A DNA stretch of 64,000 bases from an uncultured Actinomycetes bacterium (GTDB taxonomy: Bacteria; Actinomycetota; Thermoleophilia; Gaiellales; Gaiellaceae): assembly GCA_963773055.1 (NCBI GenBank), contig CAVYZL010000002.1, positions 76,221 through 140,220 on the forward strand, in the 5' to 3' direction. Numbering within the stretch: the stretch's first letter is position 1; each line of letters opens with the position of its first letter. This document shows, one piece after another, positions 18,121-28,127 of the stretch. The notes under the pieces are model-generated. The model was not told the origin of the DNA. It saw only the letters and a list, made by a program, of their open reading frames with translations, and searched no databases. The position numbers and the translations under genes are program-made.

Positions 18121-20046
18121 TTACTGCAGGTAGCGCGCGAACCAGTCGAGCAGGATCTCGAAGCGGGTGACGCGATGAAATGGCGAGCCGGCGCGTGTCA
18201 GCTCATGGCTCTCGCCGGGAAAGCGGACGAACTCGACCTCGCGGCCGAGGAAGCGAAGGATCGTGAACAGGTGCTCCGCCTGCTCGACGTTGCAGCGGAG
18301 GTCGTTCTCCGAGTGCATGATCAAAAGCGGCGTCGTGATCTTGTCGGCGTACGTCGTCGGCGACTGGTCGAGGTACGGCTTCACGTCCTCGAACGGGAAG
18401 ACGCCCATGTACGCCTTCATGAACCAGCCGAAGTCGGAGGAGCCGAACTCGGAGAGCATGTTGTTGACCGCCCGCTCCGAGCAGGCGGTCTTGAAGCGGT
18501 CCGTGTGGGAGACGATCCACGACGTCATGTAGCCGCCATACGAGCCCCCGAGCACGCCGAGGCGTTCCGGATCGACGAAGTCGAACTCCGAGAGAGCCGT
18601 GTCGACCACAGCCATCAGATCGTCGTAGTCGACCGAGCCCCAGCCGGGGCCGCCGTCCACCGGCCCGCGGATCGCCCGACCCCACTCCTCGCTGTAGCCG
18701 GATGAGCCGCGCGGGTTCGAGTAGAGCACGACGTAGCCGGCGCGTGCGTACGCCTGCACTTCGTCGAAGTACTTGTTCCCGTACTGCGTGAACGGGCCGC
18801 CGTGGATGGTGAGGAGCGCCGGGTACTTCGCGCCCTCCTGAAAGCCATGCGGCCGGACGACCCACGCCTCTACCTCGGAGCCGTCTGCCGACACGGCGAC
18901 GAACCGCTCCGAGGGAGCGGGCTCCGTGGCTGCGCAGAACTCCGCGCTCACCTCCGTCAGTCGGCGGTCGCCGGCGAACAGCTCGCTCGGCATCGTGGGC
19001 GTCGAGGCCGCGTGGACGAGTACGCCGCCCACGGCGTCGAAGGCGCTCACCCAGAGATCACCGCCGACGACGAGCTGGGCCGTGCCTCCGACGGCCGGCA
19101 CGCGACGGATATGGACGTTTCCGTGGTCCTCGAGCGCGAAGAGCAGTGCGTCGCCGTCCCAGATCGGCTCGCGCACCGCGGGGAACGGGCTGCACTGGCG
19201 GTCGACGTCCTGCGTGAGCACGCGGCGCTCGCCCGTCGCGACATCGACGACCGCGATCTGGTTGTGACGTGGAAGGTCCCACCCGCCCGGGCTCCAGACG
19301 CATGCGATCGCCGTCCCGTCTGGCGACCACGAAGGGAGGTCGTAGAGGCCATCGTCGTCGCTGATCCGCCGCACGTCACCGCCGGCAGCGGGGACGCTCC
19401 AGATCTGCTGCGCGAACTTCGTGTCCCAGTCGTCGTCGCGTCCCGACGCGAAGGCGATCGTCGAGGAGTCGGGAGACCAGGCCGGCGAGTCGTCCTCGAA
19501 GTCGCCGTCGGTCAGCTGGAGCGCGGGCGCGGAGCCGTCCGCCGGCACGACGAAGACATGGGTTCGCCGGTCGCCGGTCCAGCCGACCGAGTCGAGCTTG
19601 TAACGGTGCCGTGTGAACCGGCGGGGGAGGCGACGCTTGTCGTCCGTCTCCTCGTACGCCGGGTCGGGCACGCGCGACCCGAAGGCGATCCGCGTCCCGT
19701 CCGGAGACCACACGGGCTGCGCAGCGTCCTCCTTGAGGTCGGTGAGACACGTCGGCTCCCCACCCTCGAGGGGGAGCACGTACAGCTGCTTGTGATCGCC
19801 GTCGCGATTCGAGGTGAACGCGAGCCGGCTGCCGTCGGGAGACCAGCGCGGCGTCGAGTCGGACTTCTTGCCGGACGTCAGCTGCCGCGGCGGCGCCGAT
19901 CCGTCCACCGCCGCGAGCCAGATCGCCGAGCGGTAGCTGTTCTCCTCCTTGTCGACCGTGGTGACGACGTAGGCCACCGTTGCGCCGTCCGGGGAAAGTC
20001 GCGGATCGGCCGCCCAGACGAGGTCATAGAGGTCTTCCGGGCGCAC
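18121..20046 (-). CDS. S9 family serine peptidase (acylaminoacyl-peptidase / prolyl oligopeptidase-like)
   Basis: N-terminal beta-propeller repeats (SPDG...). C-terminal hydrolase GGSYGGYM, with D and H downstream. GTG start at 20046, just downstream of the upstream terminator. The ORF extension to 20310 is rejected. Confidence 0.85.
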   Translation of the reverse strand: MRPEDLYDLVWAADPRLSPDGATVAYVVTTVDKEENSYRSAIWLAAVDGSAPPRQLTSGKKSDSTPRWSPDGSRLAFTSNRDGDHKQLYVLPLEGGEPTCLTDLKEDAAQPVWSPDGTRIAFGSRVPDPAYEETDDKRRLPRRFTRHRYKLDSVGWTGDRRTHVFVVPADGSAPALQLTDGDFEDDSPAWSPDSSTIAFASGRDDDWDTKFAQQIWSVPAAGGDVRRISDDDGLYDLPSWSPDGTAIACVWSPGGWDLPRHNQIAVVDVATGERRVLTQDVDRQCSPFPAVREPIWDGDALLFALEDHGNVHIRRVPAVGGTAQLVVGGDLWVSAFDAVGGVLVHAASTPTMPSELFAGDRRLTEVSAEFCAATEPAPSERFVAVSADGSEVEAWVVRPHGFQEGAKYPALLTIHGGPFTQYGNKYFDEVQAYARAGYVVLYSNPRGSSGYSEEWGRAIRGPVDGGPGWGSVDYDDLMAVVDTALSEFDFVDPERLGVLGGSYGGYMTSWIVSHTDRFKTACSERAVNNMLSEFGSSDFGWFMKAYMGVFPFEDVKPYLDQSPTTYADKITTPLLIMHSENDLRCNVEQAEHLFTILRFLGREVEFVRFPGESHELTRAGSPFHRVTRFEILLDWFARYLQ

Positions 20047-20059
20047 GGCGACGGAGCCT

Positions 20060-20093
20060 ATAGAAAACGAGAGGCCGCGCAAGGCGGCCTCTC
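20060..20093 (-). terminator. Rho-independent terminator after the SnoaL-like gene
   Basis: Minus strand has GAGAGGCCGC-cttg-GCGGCCTCTC followed by GTTTTCTAT. Confidence 0.6.
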
Positions 20094-20116
20094 GTCGAGC
20101 GATCGGCGGCGGCCGT

Positions 20117-20536
20117 CTAGGCCATCGCCGGGATGGCGCCGAGCTGCTGCATGAGGCCGAGAGCGTCCCAGTTCGTGAAGTCCTCCGCGACCTTGCCGTC
20201 GACGATGCGGTTGATCGAGATGCCCGTCGTCGTCGCGACGGCGCCGGTCGGCGCGAGCCCGAGCAGGTCCCCGTCGTGCGTTCCTCGAGCCGTCCAGCGC
20301 GTGACGACATGATCGCCCTCGGCGACCTGCTGGTCGACCGTCAGCTGGAGATCGGAGAACGCCGCGCGATAGCCCGCGACCTGCATCTTGAAGCCCTCAG
20401 GGCCGCGCAGCGGCTCGGGGAGCGCCGGGTCGTGGCCGACGAAGTCCGCTGCGATCAGCTCGTCGGCGGCGTCGAGATCGCCGCTGTTGAAGATCGCGAG
20501 CACCTGGCGTGAAATCTCTTTGGCGTCCTCTGGCAT
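20117..20536 (-). CDS. SnoaL-like ester/polyketide cyclase (NTF2 fold)
   Basis: 139-aa ORF with FNSGDLDAADELIAADFVGH ... HVVTRWTARGTH. Confidence 0.8.
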   Translation of the reverse strand: MPEDAKEISRQVLAIFNSGDLDAADELIAADFVGHDPALPEPLRGPEGFKMQVAGYRAAFSDLQLTVDQQVAEGDHVVTRWTARGTHDGDLLGLAPTGAVATTTGISINRIVDGKVAEDFTNWDALGLMQQLGAIPAMA

Positions 20537-20598
20537 CGCTGCCCCCTTCTGTCGATTGCCAACACTCTACGACTGCCCCGGCGCGGGCGCAGGAGAGC

Positions 20599-20985
20599 TC
20601 AGCCGACGATCGTCAGCGTGTAGTCGGCGACCGCGTCGCCGTTGAAGCCGAACACGAGCACGCGCTGCCACTGGCCGAGGCAGAGCCGGCCGTCCGCGAA
20701 CGGGATCTGCTCGGCGCGCGAGCCGAGGAGCGCGACGATCAACCGCTCGCGCTCTGCGGTGTCTGAGGGAACGAGCCGTTCGAGCATCGCCTCGAAGTCG
20801 TGGAAGAACCCCGATTCGCGCTCCGTGACGCGGACGACGGCGGAGGGGGAGTCGGCGGCGACGTACGCGAGGCCGGCCTCGTGCTCGCTCGCCTCGACGG
20901 CGCGGGAGACGTCGTTCGTGATGTCGAAGACGGACAGCGTCGGCAGAGCGGCCGCAACGCTCGCCGGGAGCTCCACCGAGGTCAC
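20599..20985 (-). CDS. YjbQ/UPF0047 family protein (secondary thiamine-phosphate synthase-like)
   Basis: 128-aa ORF with SVFDITNDV ... PFADGRLCLGQWQRVLVFGFNG. 4-nt overlap with ispH. Confidence 0.8.
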   Translation of the reverse strand: MTSVELPASVAAALPTLSVFDITNDVSRAVEASEHEAGLAYVAADSPSAVVRVTERESGFFHDFEAMLERLVPSDTAERERLIVALLGSRAEQIPFADGRLCLGQWQRVLVFGFNGDAVADYTLTIVG

Positions 20986-21914
20986 GACGCCACTACTTCC
21001 CTCGGGAGGCGAAAGCTCACGTCCTCGCGCGCCACCGTCACTTCTTCGACCGTCGCGTGACCCCTGCCCGCGAGCTCGGCGAGCACGGCCTGGACGAGCT
21101 CCTCGGGCGTCGAGGCGCCGGCCGTCAGGCCGATCACCGTGTGCCCGTCGACGACGGTGTCGTCGAGCCGCGTCTCTCCGTCTACGAGCATCGCTTCCGC
21201 GCCCGCCACCTGTGCCACCTCGACGAGCCGGTTGGCGTTGGAGCTCGTCGGCGAGCCGATCACGAGAATCAAGGTTGCCCCTCGAGCGACGATCTCCTTC
21301 ACCGCGTCCTGGCGGTTCTGGGTCGCGTAGCAGATGTCGTCGGCACCCGGCCGCTTGAGGCCGCCGAACCTGCCTTCGAGCACGGCTACGGTCGACGCGA
21401 CGTCGTCGAGCGAGAGCGTCGTCTGGCTGATCACGGCCAGCGGCTTTCCCTCGGTGTCGAGCTCCTCTGCGTCCTCGGGCGACTCGACGACGACGATCTG
21501 GTCGGGCCGCTCGCCCTTCGTCCCGATCACCTCGACGTGGTCGGCATGGCCGACGAGCGCGACGAGGTGCCCGGAGTCGGCATAGCGGCGCGCCTCCGCG
21601 TGCACCTTCGAGACGAGTGGACAGACGGCATCGACGACGCGCAGCCCGCGACGGACGCAGTTCTGGAGCACCGCCGGCGCGACACCGTGTGCCGAGAGCA
21701 CGCAGATCTCGCCAGCCGGAATCTCGTCCTCCGAGTCGACGAACACGGCGCCGATGCCCTCGAGCCGTCGCACGACGTTGTCGTTGTGGACGATCTCGTG
21801 TCGGACGTAGATCGGCGGGCCGTGCGACTCGAGCAGCCGCTCGACGATCTCGATCGCCCGATCGACGCCGGCGCAGAACGACCGCGGCGCCGCGAGCAGG
21901 ACCTTCTTCGTCAT
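20982..21914 (-). CDS. ispH: 4-hydroxy-3-methylbut-2-enyl diphosphate reductase
   Basis: PRSFCAGVDRAIEIV, HEIVHN, SAHG, ICYATQNRQ and GSPTSSNANRL. Confidence 0.95.
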   Translation of the reverse strand: MTKKVLLAAPRSFCAGVDRAIEIVERLLESHGPPIYVRHEIVHNDNVVRRLEGIGAVFVDSEDEIPAGEICVLSAHGVAPAVLQNCVRRGLRVVDAVCPLVSKVHAEARRYADSGHLVALVGHADHVEVIGTKGERPDQIVVVESPEDAEELDTEGKPLAVISQTTLSLDDVASTVAVLEGRFGGLKRPGADDICYATQNRQDAVKEIVARGATLILVIGSPTSSNANRLVEVAQVAGAEAMLVDGETRLDDTVVDGHTVIGLTAGASTPEELVQAVLAELAGRGHATVEEVTVAREDVSFRLPREVVAS

Positions 21915-22468
21915 ACGCTCACCTCGCCGAGCTTTCGGAGCGCGAGCCGGACGCGGGAGAGCGACCTGAACGTGTCGCCCGGCCGCAGCGCCGAGCGGGC
22001 GATGCCGCTCCAGGCGAGCCGCCCTTCGGCGTCGATCATGCTCGCAAGCGGCCCGAGCGTCGCCGAAGGCGTGTCGGAGATCGCGCGGACGCAGCCCTCG
22101 AGCCGGCCGGTGCGCGCGAGCGTTCCGGATTCCATGTCGACGGCGTCCGCGCCCGTCTCCTCGTGCAGGCGGCGCCGCTCGGCGGGATCGTCGAGCAACA
22201 CGTCCCCGGCGAGGATCGTGCCCTGCCGCGCGCCGGCGATCCCGAGCGGTGCGCCTTCCCAGAGCGTCTCGCCCTGCGCCCCGACGACCCGGGTCGCGTC
22301 CAGCAGCTCGCCGCAGTCGATCCCGTCGCGCAGCGCTCCCGCGAGGCCGAACGAGACGAGAGGACCGTCAGGCAGCGTCTTCCGCGCGCCGACGCCGACG
22401 ACCGACGCTCGCAACCCGGCCTTGCGCGCTGCGCGCGCCTCGGTCCGGGTCGCGCAGACCCATGTCAT
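21911..22468 (-). CDS. hpnG: Hopanoid-associated phosphorylase HpnG (PNP_UDP_1-like)
   Basis: MTWVCATRTEARAARKAG ... ADAVDMESG. ATGA overlap with the hpnH stop and 4-nt overlap with ispH. The name rests mainly on position in the hpn operon. Confidence 0.7.
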   Translation of the reverse strand: MTWVCATRTEARAARKAGLRASVVGVGARKTLPDGPLVSFGLAGALRDGIDCGELLDATRVVGAQGETLWEGAPLGIAGARQGTILAGDVLLDDPAERRRLHEETGADAVDMESGTLARTGRLEGCVRAISDTPSATLGPLASMIDAEGRLAWSGIARSALRPGDTFRSLSRVRLALRKLGEVSV

Positions 22469-23469
22469 CCGGTCAGCGTCCACGCCATGCTCCGCACCGT
22501 CTCCTTCATGCTGCCCGTCGCGACGTAGGCGGCCGACGGCTCGAAGCCGGAGTGGATGGCACAGTGCTCGCAGCGCGCATCGTTGCCTGGGCCGTACATC
22601 TCCCACTCGATGCCCTCGAGCAGCGCCTCGTACGTGGGGAAGATCCCGTCCGTGAGCAGGTAGCACGGGCCCTTCCAGCCGTACGGGTTGCGTGTGATCG
22701 AGCCCCACGGCGCACAGGGCAGCGAGCGATCGCCGGTGAGGAAGTCCTGGTAGATCGGGCTCGCGAGCCAGCGGTAGCCGTGCTCGCGGGACGCGGCGCG
22801 GATCGCGCGGAACTTGAGCTCGTGCTCGGCGCGCGTCATCGTCAGCGCCGGGTCGATCTGCGAGTACTGATAGCCGGGCGCGATCAGCATGCCGTCGATG
22901 CCCACGTCGTTCGTGAGGTAGCCCATCATCTCGATCACGTCCTCGACGGACGTCTCCTTGAAGATGGTCGTGTTCGTCGTCACGCGGAAGCCGGCCTCGC
23001 GGCCCTTCTTGATCGCGTCGACGGCGACGTCCCACAGGCCCGGGTAGTCGCAGATGTAGTCGTGGATCTCGCGCATGCCGTCGAGGTGGACGACGAACGT
23101 CAGCCGGTGGTCGGGCTTGAAGACGCCGAGGAACTCCTCGAGGCGAAGGGCATTCGTGCAGAGGTCGATCGTCTTGCCGAGCTCGAGGAAGCCCGCAACG
23201 AGGTCCTCGATGCCCTTGAAGACGAGCGGCTCGCCGCCGCAGATCGACACGACCGGCGCGGGACACTGGACACCGGAGTCGATGCACTCGTCGACGGAGA
23301 GCTTCGCCTTGTTCGACTCGTATTCGCGGATCTTCCCGCAGCCGATGCAGGCGATGTTGCATGCGAGCGTCGGCTCGAGCATGAGCACGAGCGGATAGCG
23401 CTCGCCCTTGCGCCTCTGCTGGGCGACGTAGCGGCCGATCTGGACTGTAGAGCGGAGGGGGAACTTCAT
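22465..23469 (-). CDS. hpnH: Adenosyl-hopene transferase HpnH (radical SAM)
   Basis: Intact 334-aa ORF. CNIACIGCG radical-SAM cluster motif. GWKGPCYL and ARCEHCAIHSGFEPS C-terminal motifs. Confidence 0.9.
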   Translation of the reverse strand: MKFPLRSTVQIGRYVAQQRRKGERYPLVLMLEPTLACNIACIGCGKIREYESNKAKLSVDECIDSGVQCPAPVVSICGGEPLVFKGIEDLVAGFLELGKTIDLCTNALRLEEFLGVFKPDHRLTFVVHLDGMREIHDYICDYPGLWDVAVDAIKKGREAGFRVTTNTTIFKETSVEDVIEMMGYLTNDVGIDGMLIAPGYQYSQIDPALTMTRAEHELKFRAIRAASREHGYRWLASPIYQDFLTGDRSLPCAPWGSITRNPYGWKGPCYLLTDGIFPTYEALLEGIEWEMYGPGNDARCEHCAIHSGFEPSAAYVATGSMKETVRSMAWTLTG

Positions 23470-23473
23470 GCGG

Positions 23474-25258
23474 TTACCTCTGGAGAGCTTGCCTGAAGCG
23501 GCCGAGGGCGATGAGCGGGAAGTGGAGTCGGTAGAGGTGGTAGCGGATCATGAAGTCGGTCGGAAACCCTGTGCCCGTGAAATGCTGCTCGTCCCAGTCG
23601 CCGTTGTCGAGCTGCGTGACACAGAGGAAGTCGGCTGCGCGCCGCGCAGCTGCCCCCTGGGCCCTGCCTGCAGCGACGTAGGCTACTAGCGCCCACGCGG
23701 TTTGTGAAGCTGTGGTGACGCCGCGGCCGCGTGCCGAATCGTCGTCGTACGAGGCGATGTCCTCGCCGAAGCCACCGTCGTCTGCCTGGACGGAGTCGAG
23801 CCACGCCACTGCCCGTTCGATGGCCGGGTGGTGATCGGGGATCCCACACGCCTCGAGCGCCGGCAGCACCGCCGCCGTGCCGTACAGGTGGTTGACGCCC
23901 CATCGTCCCCACCACGATCCGTCGCGCTGCTGGGCGCCGAGCAGGTAGTGGAGCCCGCGGCGAACCACGGTCGCATACGCGGGATCCGTCCCGAGCGCCT
24001 CGAGCGCGTGAGCGCTCACGTCCTCGGACGGAGGGTCGATGATCGCTCCGAAGTCGAAGAACGGGATCTTGTAGAGCCAGGTTGCGGTGTTGTCGACGTC
24101 GAACGCGCCCCAGCCGCCATCCGAAGACTGCATGCCAGCCATCCAGTCGAGGCCGCGGCCCACCGCCTCCTCCCCAAGCTCCAGCTCCCGGAGGGCGAGG
24201 CACACGACGGCGGCGTCGTCGACGTCGGGGTAAAGGTCGTTGTCGAACTCGAACGACCATCCGCCCGGTGCGAGGTCGGGCCGGCGGATGGACCAGTCGC
24301 CCTTCACCGTCACCTCCTCCGCCAGCAGCCACTCGCCCGCCCGGACGAGCTGTGGGTGATCGGCGGGGACGCCGCAGGCGCGAAGGCCGAGGATCGCAAG
24401 GGCCGTATCCCAGATCGGCGACTGGCACGCCTCGGGCCGCAGACGATCGCCGTCCTCGACGAGGAAGCCGCTCCAGCCGTCGATCGCCTTGCGGAGACAT
24501 GGATCGTCGAAGCCCCGCCCGAGCGCCGCGAGCATGACGATCGACCAGACCCACGGCGGCTGGATCCCGCCCCAGCTGCCGTCGGCCTCCTGCCGGTCGC
24601 GAACCCATTGCTCTGCAGCGGCCATCGCCTTCCGCCGGACCGCCGTCGGAGGGCGCGATGGGGCGCTCAGGCCATGTCGCGCGCCGATCTCCGTCAGGTC
24701 GACCCCTGAGCTCCTCGTCGGCCGTAGCACGTGGACGACGGAGAGCGGCACGAGGGTCTGGCGCGCCCAGCACGCGAAGCTGTAGACGGAGAGCGGCGCC
24801 GACGGAGGCGCGAGCACGATCTCGACGGGAACCGTGGGGATGTCCTGCCACGGCCACGCGTCGAGCAACGCGAGAAAGCACTTCGTGAAGACACGCGCCT
24901 TCGCCACGCCGCCCTCGCGCGCGATGTACGCGCGGGTCGCGTCGCCGGCGTCGACGCCGACCATCTTCAGCGCGACGTACGCCTCGATCGTCGTCGACAG
25001 CACCGGCGGTCCCTCCCACCAGTTCGACCACGTGCCGTCGTCATGGCGCCGGGCGAGGATGTCGTTTGCGAGGCGCCGGTCGGTGTCCGGGTCGCGGAGC
25101 CCGAGGAAGTGGAGCCAGAACAGATGCTCGGCGACCATCGTCGCGTTCGACTCGAGCTCGCCGACCCACCAGCCGCCCGCGTCCTGGAGCTCGAGCAGCC
25201 GGGCGACGCCCGCTTCGATCGCGCGATCGACGGCGGTCAGCTCGACGGTGACGCTCAT
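23474..25258 (-). CDS. shc: Squalene-hopene cyclase
   Basis: Starts MSVTVELTAVDRAIE. Multiple QW repeats (QxDGSWxG, DGGWG). DVDDAAVV catalytic DxDD-type motif. The start overlaps the hpnE stop (ATGA). Confidence 0.95.
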   Translation of the reverse strand: MSVTVELTAVDRAIEAGVARLLELQDAGGWWVGELESNATMVAEHLFWLHFLGLRDPDTDRRLANDILARRHDDGTWSNWWEGPPVLSTTIEAYVALKMVGVDAGDATRAYIAREGGVAKARVFTKCFLALLDAWPWQDIPTVPVEIVLAPPSAPLSVYSFACWARQTLVPLSVVHVLRPTRSSGVDLTEIGARHGLSAPSRPPTAVRRKAMAAAEQWVRDRQEADGSWGGIQPPWVWSIVMLAALGRGFDDPCLRKAIDGWSGFLVEDGDRLRPEACQSPIWDTALAILGLRACGVPADHPQLVRAGEWLLAEEVTVKGDWSIRRPDLAPGGWSFEFDNDLYPDVDDAAVVCLALRELELGEEAVGRGLDWMAGMQSSDGGWGAFDVDNTATWLYKIPFFDFGAIIDPPSEDVSAHALEALGTDPAYATVVRRGLHYLLGAQQRDGSWWGRWGVNHLYGTAAVLPALEACGIPDHHPAIERAVAWLDSVQADDGGFGEDIASYDDDSARGRGVTTASQTAWALVAYVAAGRAQGAAARRAADFLCVTQLDNGDWDEQHFTGTGFPTDFMIRYHLYRLHFPLIALGRFRQALQR

Positions 25259-26484
25259 GCCGCCTCCTCGTGCCGCGAGCGCAGGACGAGCGCGGCGGCC
25301 GCTCGCCCGCTGCGGACGGCGCCCTCCATCGTCGCCGGCCAGCCGGTGTCCGTCCACGCGCCTGCGCGGACCACGTTCTCGCGCTCCGTGGCTGCCGGCG
25401 GCCGCTCGACGCCCGGGCGGAGCGCGATCGTCGCGTGAGGCTCGCGGCTGAGACGAGACCAGGTGAGCTCCGCCGGCCCGAGTCTGTCGACGAGCTGCCC
25501 GGCGATTCGTTCGACGAGCTCGCGCCCGCGGATCTCTTCGAGCTCCGGCACCCCACTCGATACGACCGTCAGGTACTGGGCTCCTCCCTCCGGCTCGTTT
25601 CCGGTCAGGCGGCCCCGGTCGAACACCCAGTGCGCGTCGCTCCCGAGCAGCGCCGCCAGCGGATGAGCGAGCAGCGGGCGGTCGAAGAGGAGATGGATGC
25701 TGACGATCGGCGACGGCTCGAGCCTCGGGTCGGGCTCATCGAGCAGGCGCGCTGTCTCCTCAGGCGGTGTAGCGACGATGATCGCGTCGGCATCCAGGTC
25801 GTCGAGGGAGTCGACGCGCGCATTGGTCTCGACGATCGCGCCCGCGGCGACGAGCGTCCGCCCGGCCGCCTCGCCGTGCATCGCTCCCAGTGGCCGGGTG
25901 GGCAGGATCACATCGCTCGCGTCTCCTCCGGCGAGGAGAGCAGTGCGGACCGTGAACACGCCCCACTCGGCGCTGACCTCGTCCGCCGGCAGGTTGAGCG
26001 CCGGTCGCACGAAGACATCCCAGAAGCGGTCGATCGACGCCTCCGGGCTGCCGAGCGAGCGGAGGAGCTCGCCGAACGTGCGGTCCGCCGGCCCCTTCTG
26101 AGGTAGGTGGCGAACGGCGTTCGCGACGTGCATCCGATCGCGGAACGAGAGATGCCGGTAGCGGAGGAACGACGCGGCCGAGTGGCCGATCGTCGCGACG
26201 CGGCCATTCTCGGCGATCACGGGCAGCTCGAGCGCAAGTCGGCGGTAGGCCGTCCCCTCGCCGATCCGGTCGAGAAAGCGCAGGTACTCGGTGAAGCAGC
26301 CGAGCGCGATGTGCTGGCCGTTGTCGGGCGGCGGCTGGGGATCGCCAGCGCGCGCGGGGAGGGTCTGGACAGCGCCGCCGAGCGTCGGCCGGGCCTCGTA
26401 GAGGGTGACGTCGCAGCCTGAGTCCACGAGCTCGAGCGCAGCCGCAAGCCCAGCCAGGCCGCCGCCGACTACCGCAGCTCTCAT
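25255..26484 (-). CDS. hpnE: Hydroxysqualene dehydroxylase HpnE (FAD-dependent amine oxidase family)
   Basis: MRAAVVGGGLAGLAAALEL dinucleotide fold. C-terminal AGAWTDTGWPATMEGAVRSG. The start overlaps the hpnD stop (ATGA). The longer ORF to 27312 is a frameshift-created fusion. Confidence 0.8.
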   Translation of the reverse strand: MRAAVVGGGLAGLAAALELVDSGCDVTLYEARPTLGGAVQTLPARAGDPQPPPDNGQHIALGCFTEYLRFLDRIGEGTAYRRLALELPVIAENGRVATIGHSAASFLRYRHLSFRDRMHVANAVRHLPQKGPADRTFGELLRSLGSPEASIDRFWDVFVRPALNLPADEVSAEWGVFTVRTALLAGGDASDVILPTRPLGAMHGEAAGRTLVAAGAIVETNARVDSLDDLDADAIIVATPPEETARLLDEPDPRLEPSPIVSIHLLFDRPLLAHPLAALLGSDAHWVFDRGRLTGNEPEGGAQYLTVVSSGVPELEEIRGRELVERIAGQLVDRLGPAELTWSRLSREPHATIALRPGVERPPAATERENVVRAGAWTDTGWPATMEGAVRSGRAAAALVLRSRHEEAA

Positions 26485-27312
26485 CGCAGGAGCCCCGATC
26501 CCGCGATCCGCAGCTTCGTCATCGCCGACAGATGCGGCGGACCGGCGAAGACGTCGTAGCCCTGCTTCTCGATCCGGTCGAGCGTCACGGCATACAGGTT
26601 GGCAAACGCCGCCACGCAAGCAGCGCTTCGGCGGTCGAGGAGCGGCAGCAGCGTCCTCCCGTCCGCGAGGTATGAGCGCGCCCGCGCAGCCTGAGCCGCC
26701 ATCAGGCTGCGCCAGCCGACTGTCACCCGACCGTGCGCGATGTCCTCCTCCGACACGCCGTGGTCGGCCAGCTCGTCCTGCGGCAGGTAGACGCGCCCGA
26801 GCTCCCAGTCCTCCCTCACGTCGCGAATGATGTTGATCAGCTGGAGCGCGATGCCGAGCGTCTCGGCGCGCTCGGTCTCGTGTGGGGCGCCGTAGACGCC
26901 GACACACGCGACGCCGACCGCCCCGGCGACGCGCCGGCAGTAGCCCTGAAGCTCGTCGAACGTCGCGTAGCGGCGCTGAACCGTGTCCTGGAGCCCGCCC
27001 TCGATGAGGTCCTCGAGAGCTTCCCGTGGGATCGGATATCGTCCGGCATGCGTCGGCGAGCGCGACCAGCATCGGATCGTCGCCCGGGTCAGCGGTGAGC
27101 CGCGCCTGTAGCTCCTCGAGCCGCCGCCGCTTTTCCTCGTCGGCGAGCTCGTCTTCGTCTGCGATGTCGTCGACCTCGCGCGCAAAGGCGTAGATCGCGG
27201 CGATTGCACGCCGCTTCGGCTTCGGCAGCAGCATGATCCCGTAGGCGAAGTTGCGCGCCCGGGCACGTGTCAGGCGCTCGACCTCTGCGTACGCCTGCTC
27301 GACGGACGTCAT
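26481..27312 (-). CDS. hpnD: Presqualene diphosphate synthase HpnD (squalene/phytoene synthase family), one frameshift near 27045
   Basis: N-terminus SVEQAYAEVERLTRARARNFAYGIMLLP..AIYAFAREVDDIAD in one frame. The remainder YPIPREALEDLIEG ... LQLINIIRDVREDWELGRVYLP is in the next. One extra base sits in CGG-A-CGA. Confidence 0.8.
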
Positions 27313-28121
27313 CGCACGAGCGCAGTGATGGCGACCTGGGTGAGCTTGAAGCGGGATGGCGCCGGGCGGCGCGAGAAGATGTCCCAGCCCGCGTCCTCGA
27401 GCGCGTCGAGAGCGGCGAGGCCACTACGCGCGAAGACGCCGATCGCAGTGCCGACCCGCCCGCCGATCGCGGCGCGCAGCCGCTCGCCGGAGCCCAGCAG
27501 GCCGCGTGCACGCCCTGCTTCGAACGCGAGGCAGCGACGGAGCTCGACGTTCGGAGCGTCCAACGTCCTCACGCCGAACCTCCGCCGGTCCTCCGCCGGT
27601 AGATAGATCCGGCCGAGCACGAGATCGCGCGGGACGTCCTGGAGGAAGTTGACGAGCTGAAGCCCTGTGCAGACGTCGTCAGACCATCCGACGAGCTGCC
27701 TGTCATCAGCACGACCGACGACACCGAGGACGAGGCGGCCGACGGGATCGGCCGAGTGCTTCGTGTAGACGCGGAGGTCGCCCCAGCTCTCGTACTCGGC
27801 GATCCGCTGATCCATGCGGTTCGCCTCGATCAGCCGGAGGAACGGCTCCCTCGGGAGGCCGCAGGCGCGGATCGTCGGCGCGAGCTCCCGCATCACAGGC
27901 CAACGCGGCTCGCCGCCGTAGCACCGGTCGACCTCCGCCTCGAGCTCGTCGAGCGCGGCGAGCCGGTCGCCCGCCCACTCGTCGCCGAGCATGTCGACGA
28001 GCCGCGCGTACCCGTAGATCGCCCGCAGATGCGGCCGCAGCTCGCGCGGGAAGAGCAGCGAGGCCACCGGGAAGTTCTCCGTGCGCGCTCGTTCCGCGAC
28101 CTCCGCGACCTCGATCGGCAT
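27309..28121 (-). CDS. hpnC: Hydroxysqualene synthase HpnC (squalene synthase family)
   Basis: Intact 270-aa ORF with ENFPVAS, YGYARLVDMLGDE and LQLVNFLQDVPRDLVLGRIYLP. Confidence 0.85.
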   Translation of the reverse strand: MPIEVAEVAERARTENFPVASLLFPRELRPHLRAIYGYARLVDMLGDEWAGDRLAALDELEAEVDRCYGGEPRWPVMRELAPTIRACGLPREPFLRLIEANRMDQRIAEYESWGDLRVYTKHSADPVGRLVLGVVGRADDRQLVGWSDDVCTGLQLVNFLQDVPRDLVLGRIYLPAEDRRRFGVRTLDAPNVELRRCLAFEAGRARGLLGSGERLRAAIGGRVGTAIGVFARSGLAALDALEDAGWDIFSRRPAPSRFKLTQVAITALVR

Positions 28122-28127
28122 GGAACG

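Noticed and set aside
20047-20310. An N-terminal extension of the S9 peptidase ORF to 20310
   Set aside because: It would read through a rho-independent terminator and overlap the SnoaL-like gene. The composition is Arg/Ser-rich.
25255-27312. A 685-aa HpnD-HpnE fusion ORF
   Set aside because: It is an artefact of one extra base near 27045. The true HpnD C-terminus lies in ORF 26481..27266, and HpnE starts at ATG 26484, overlapping that stop.
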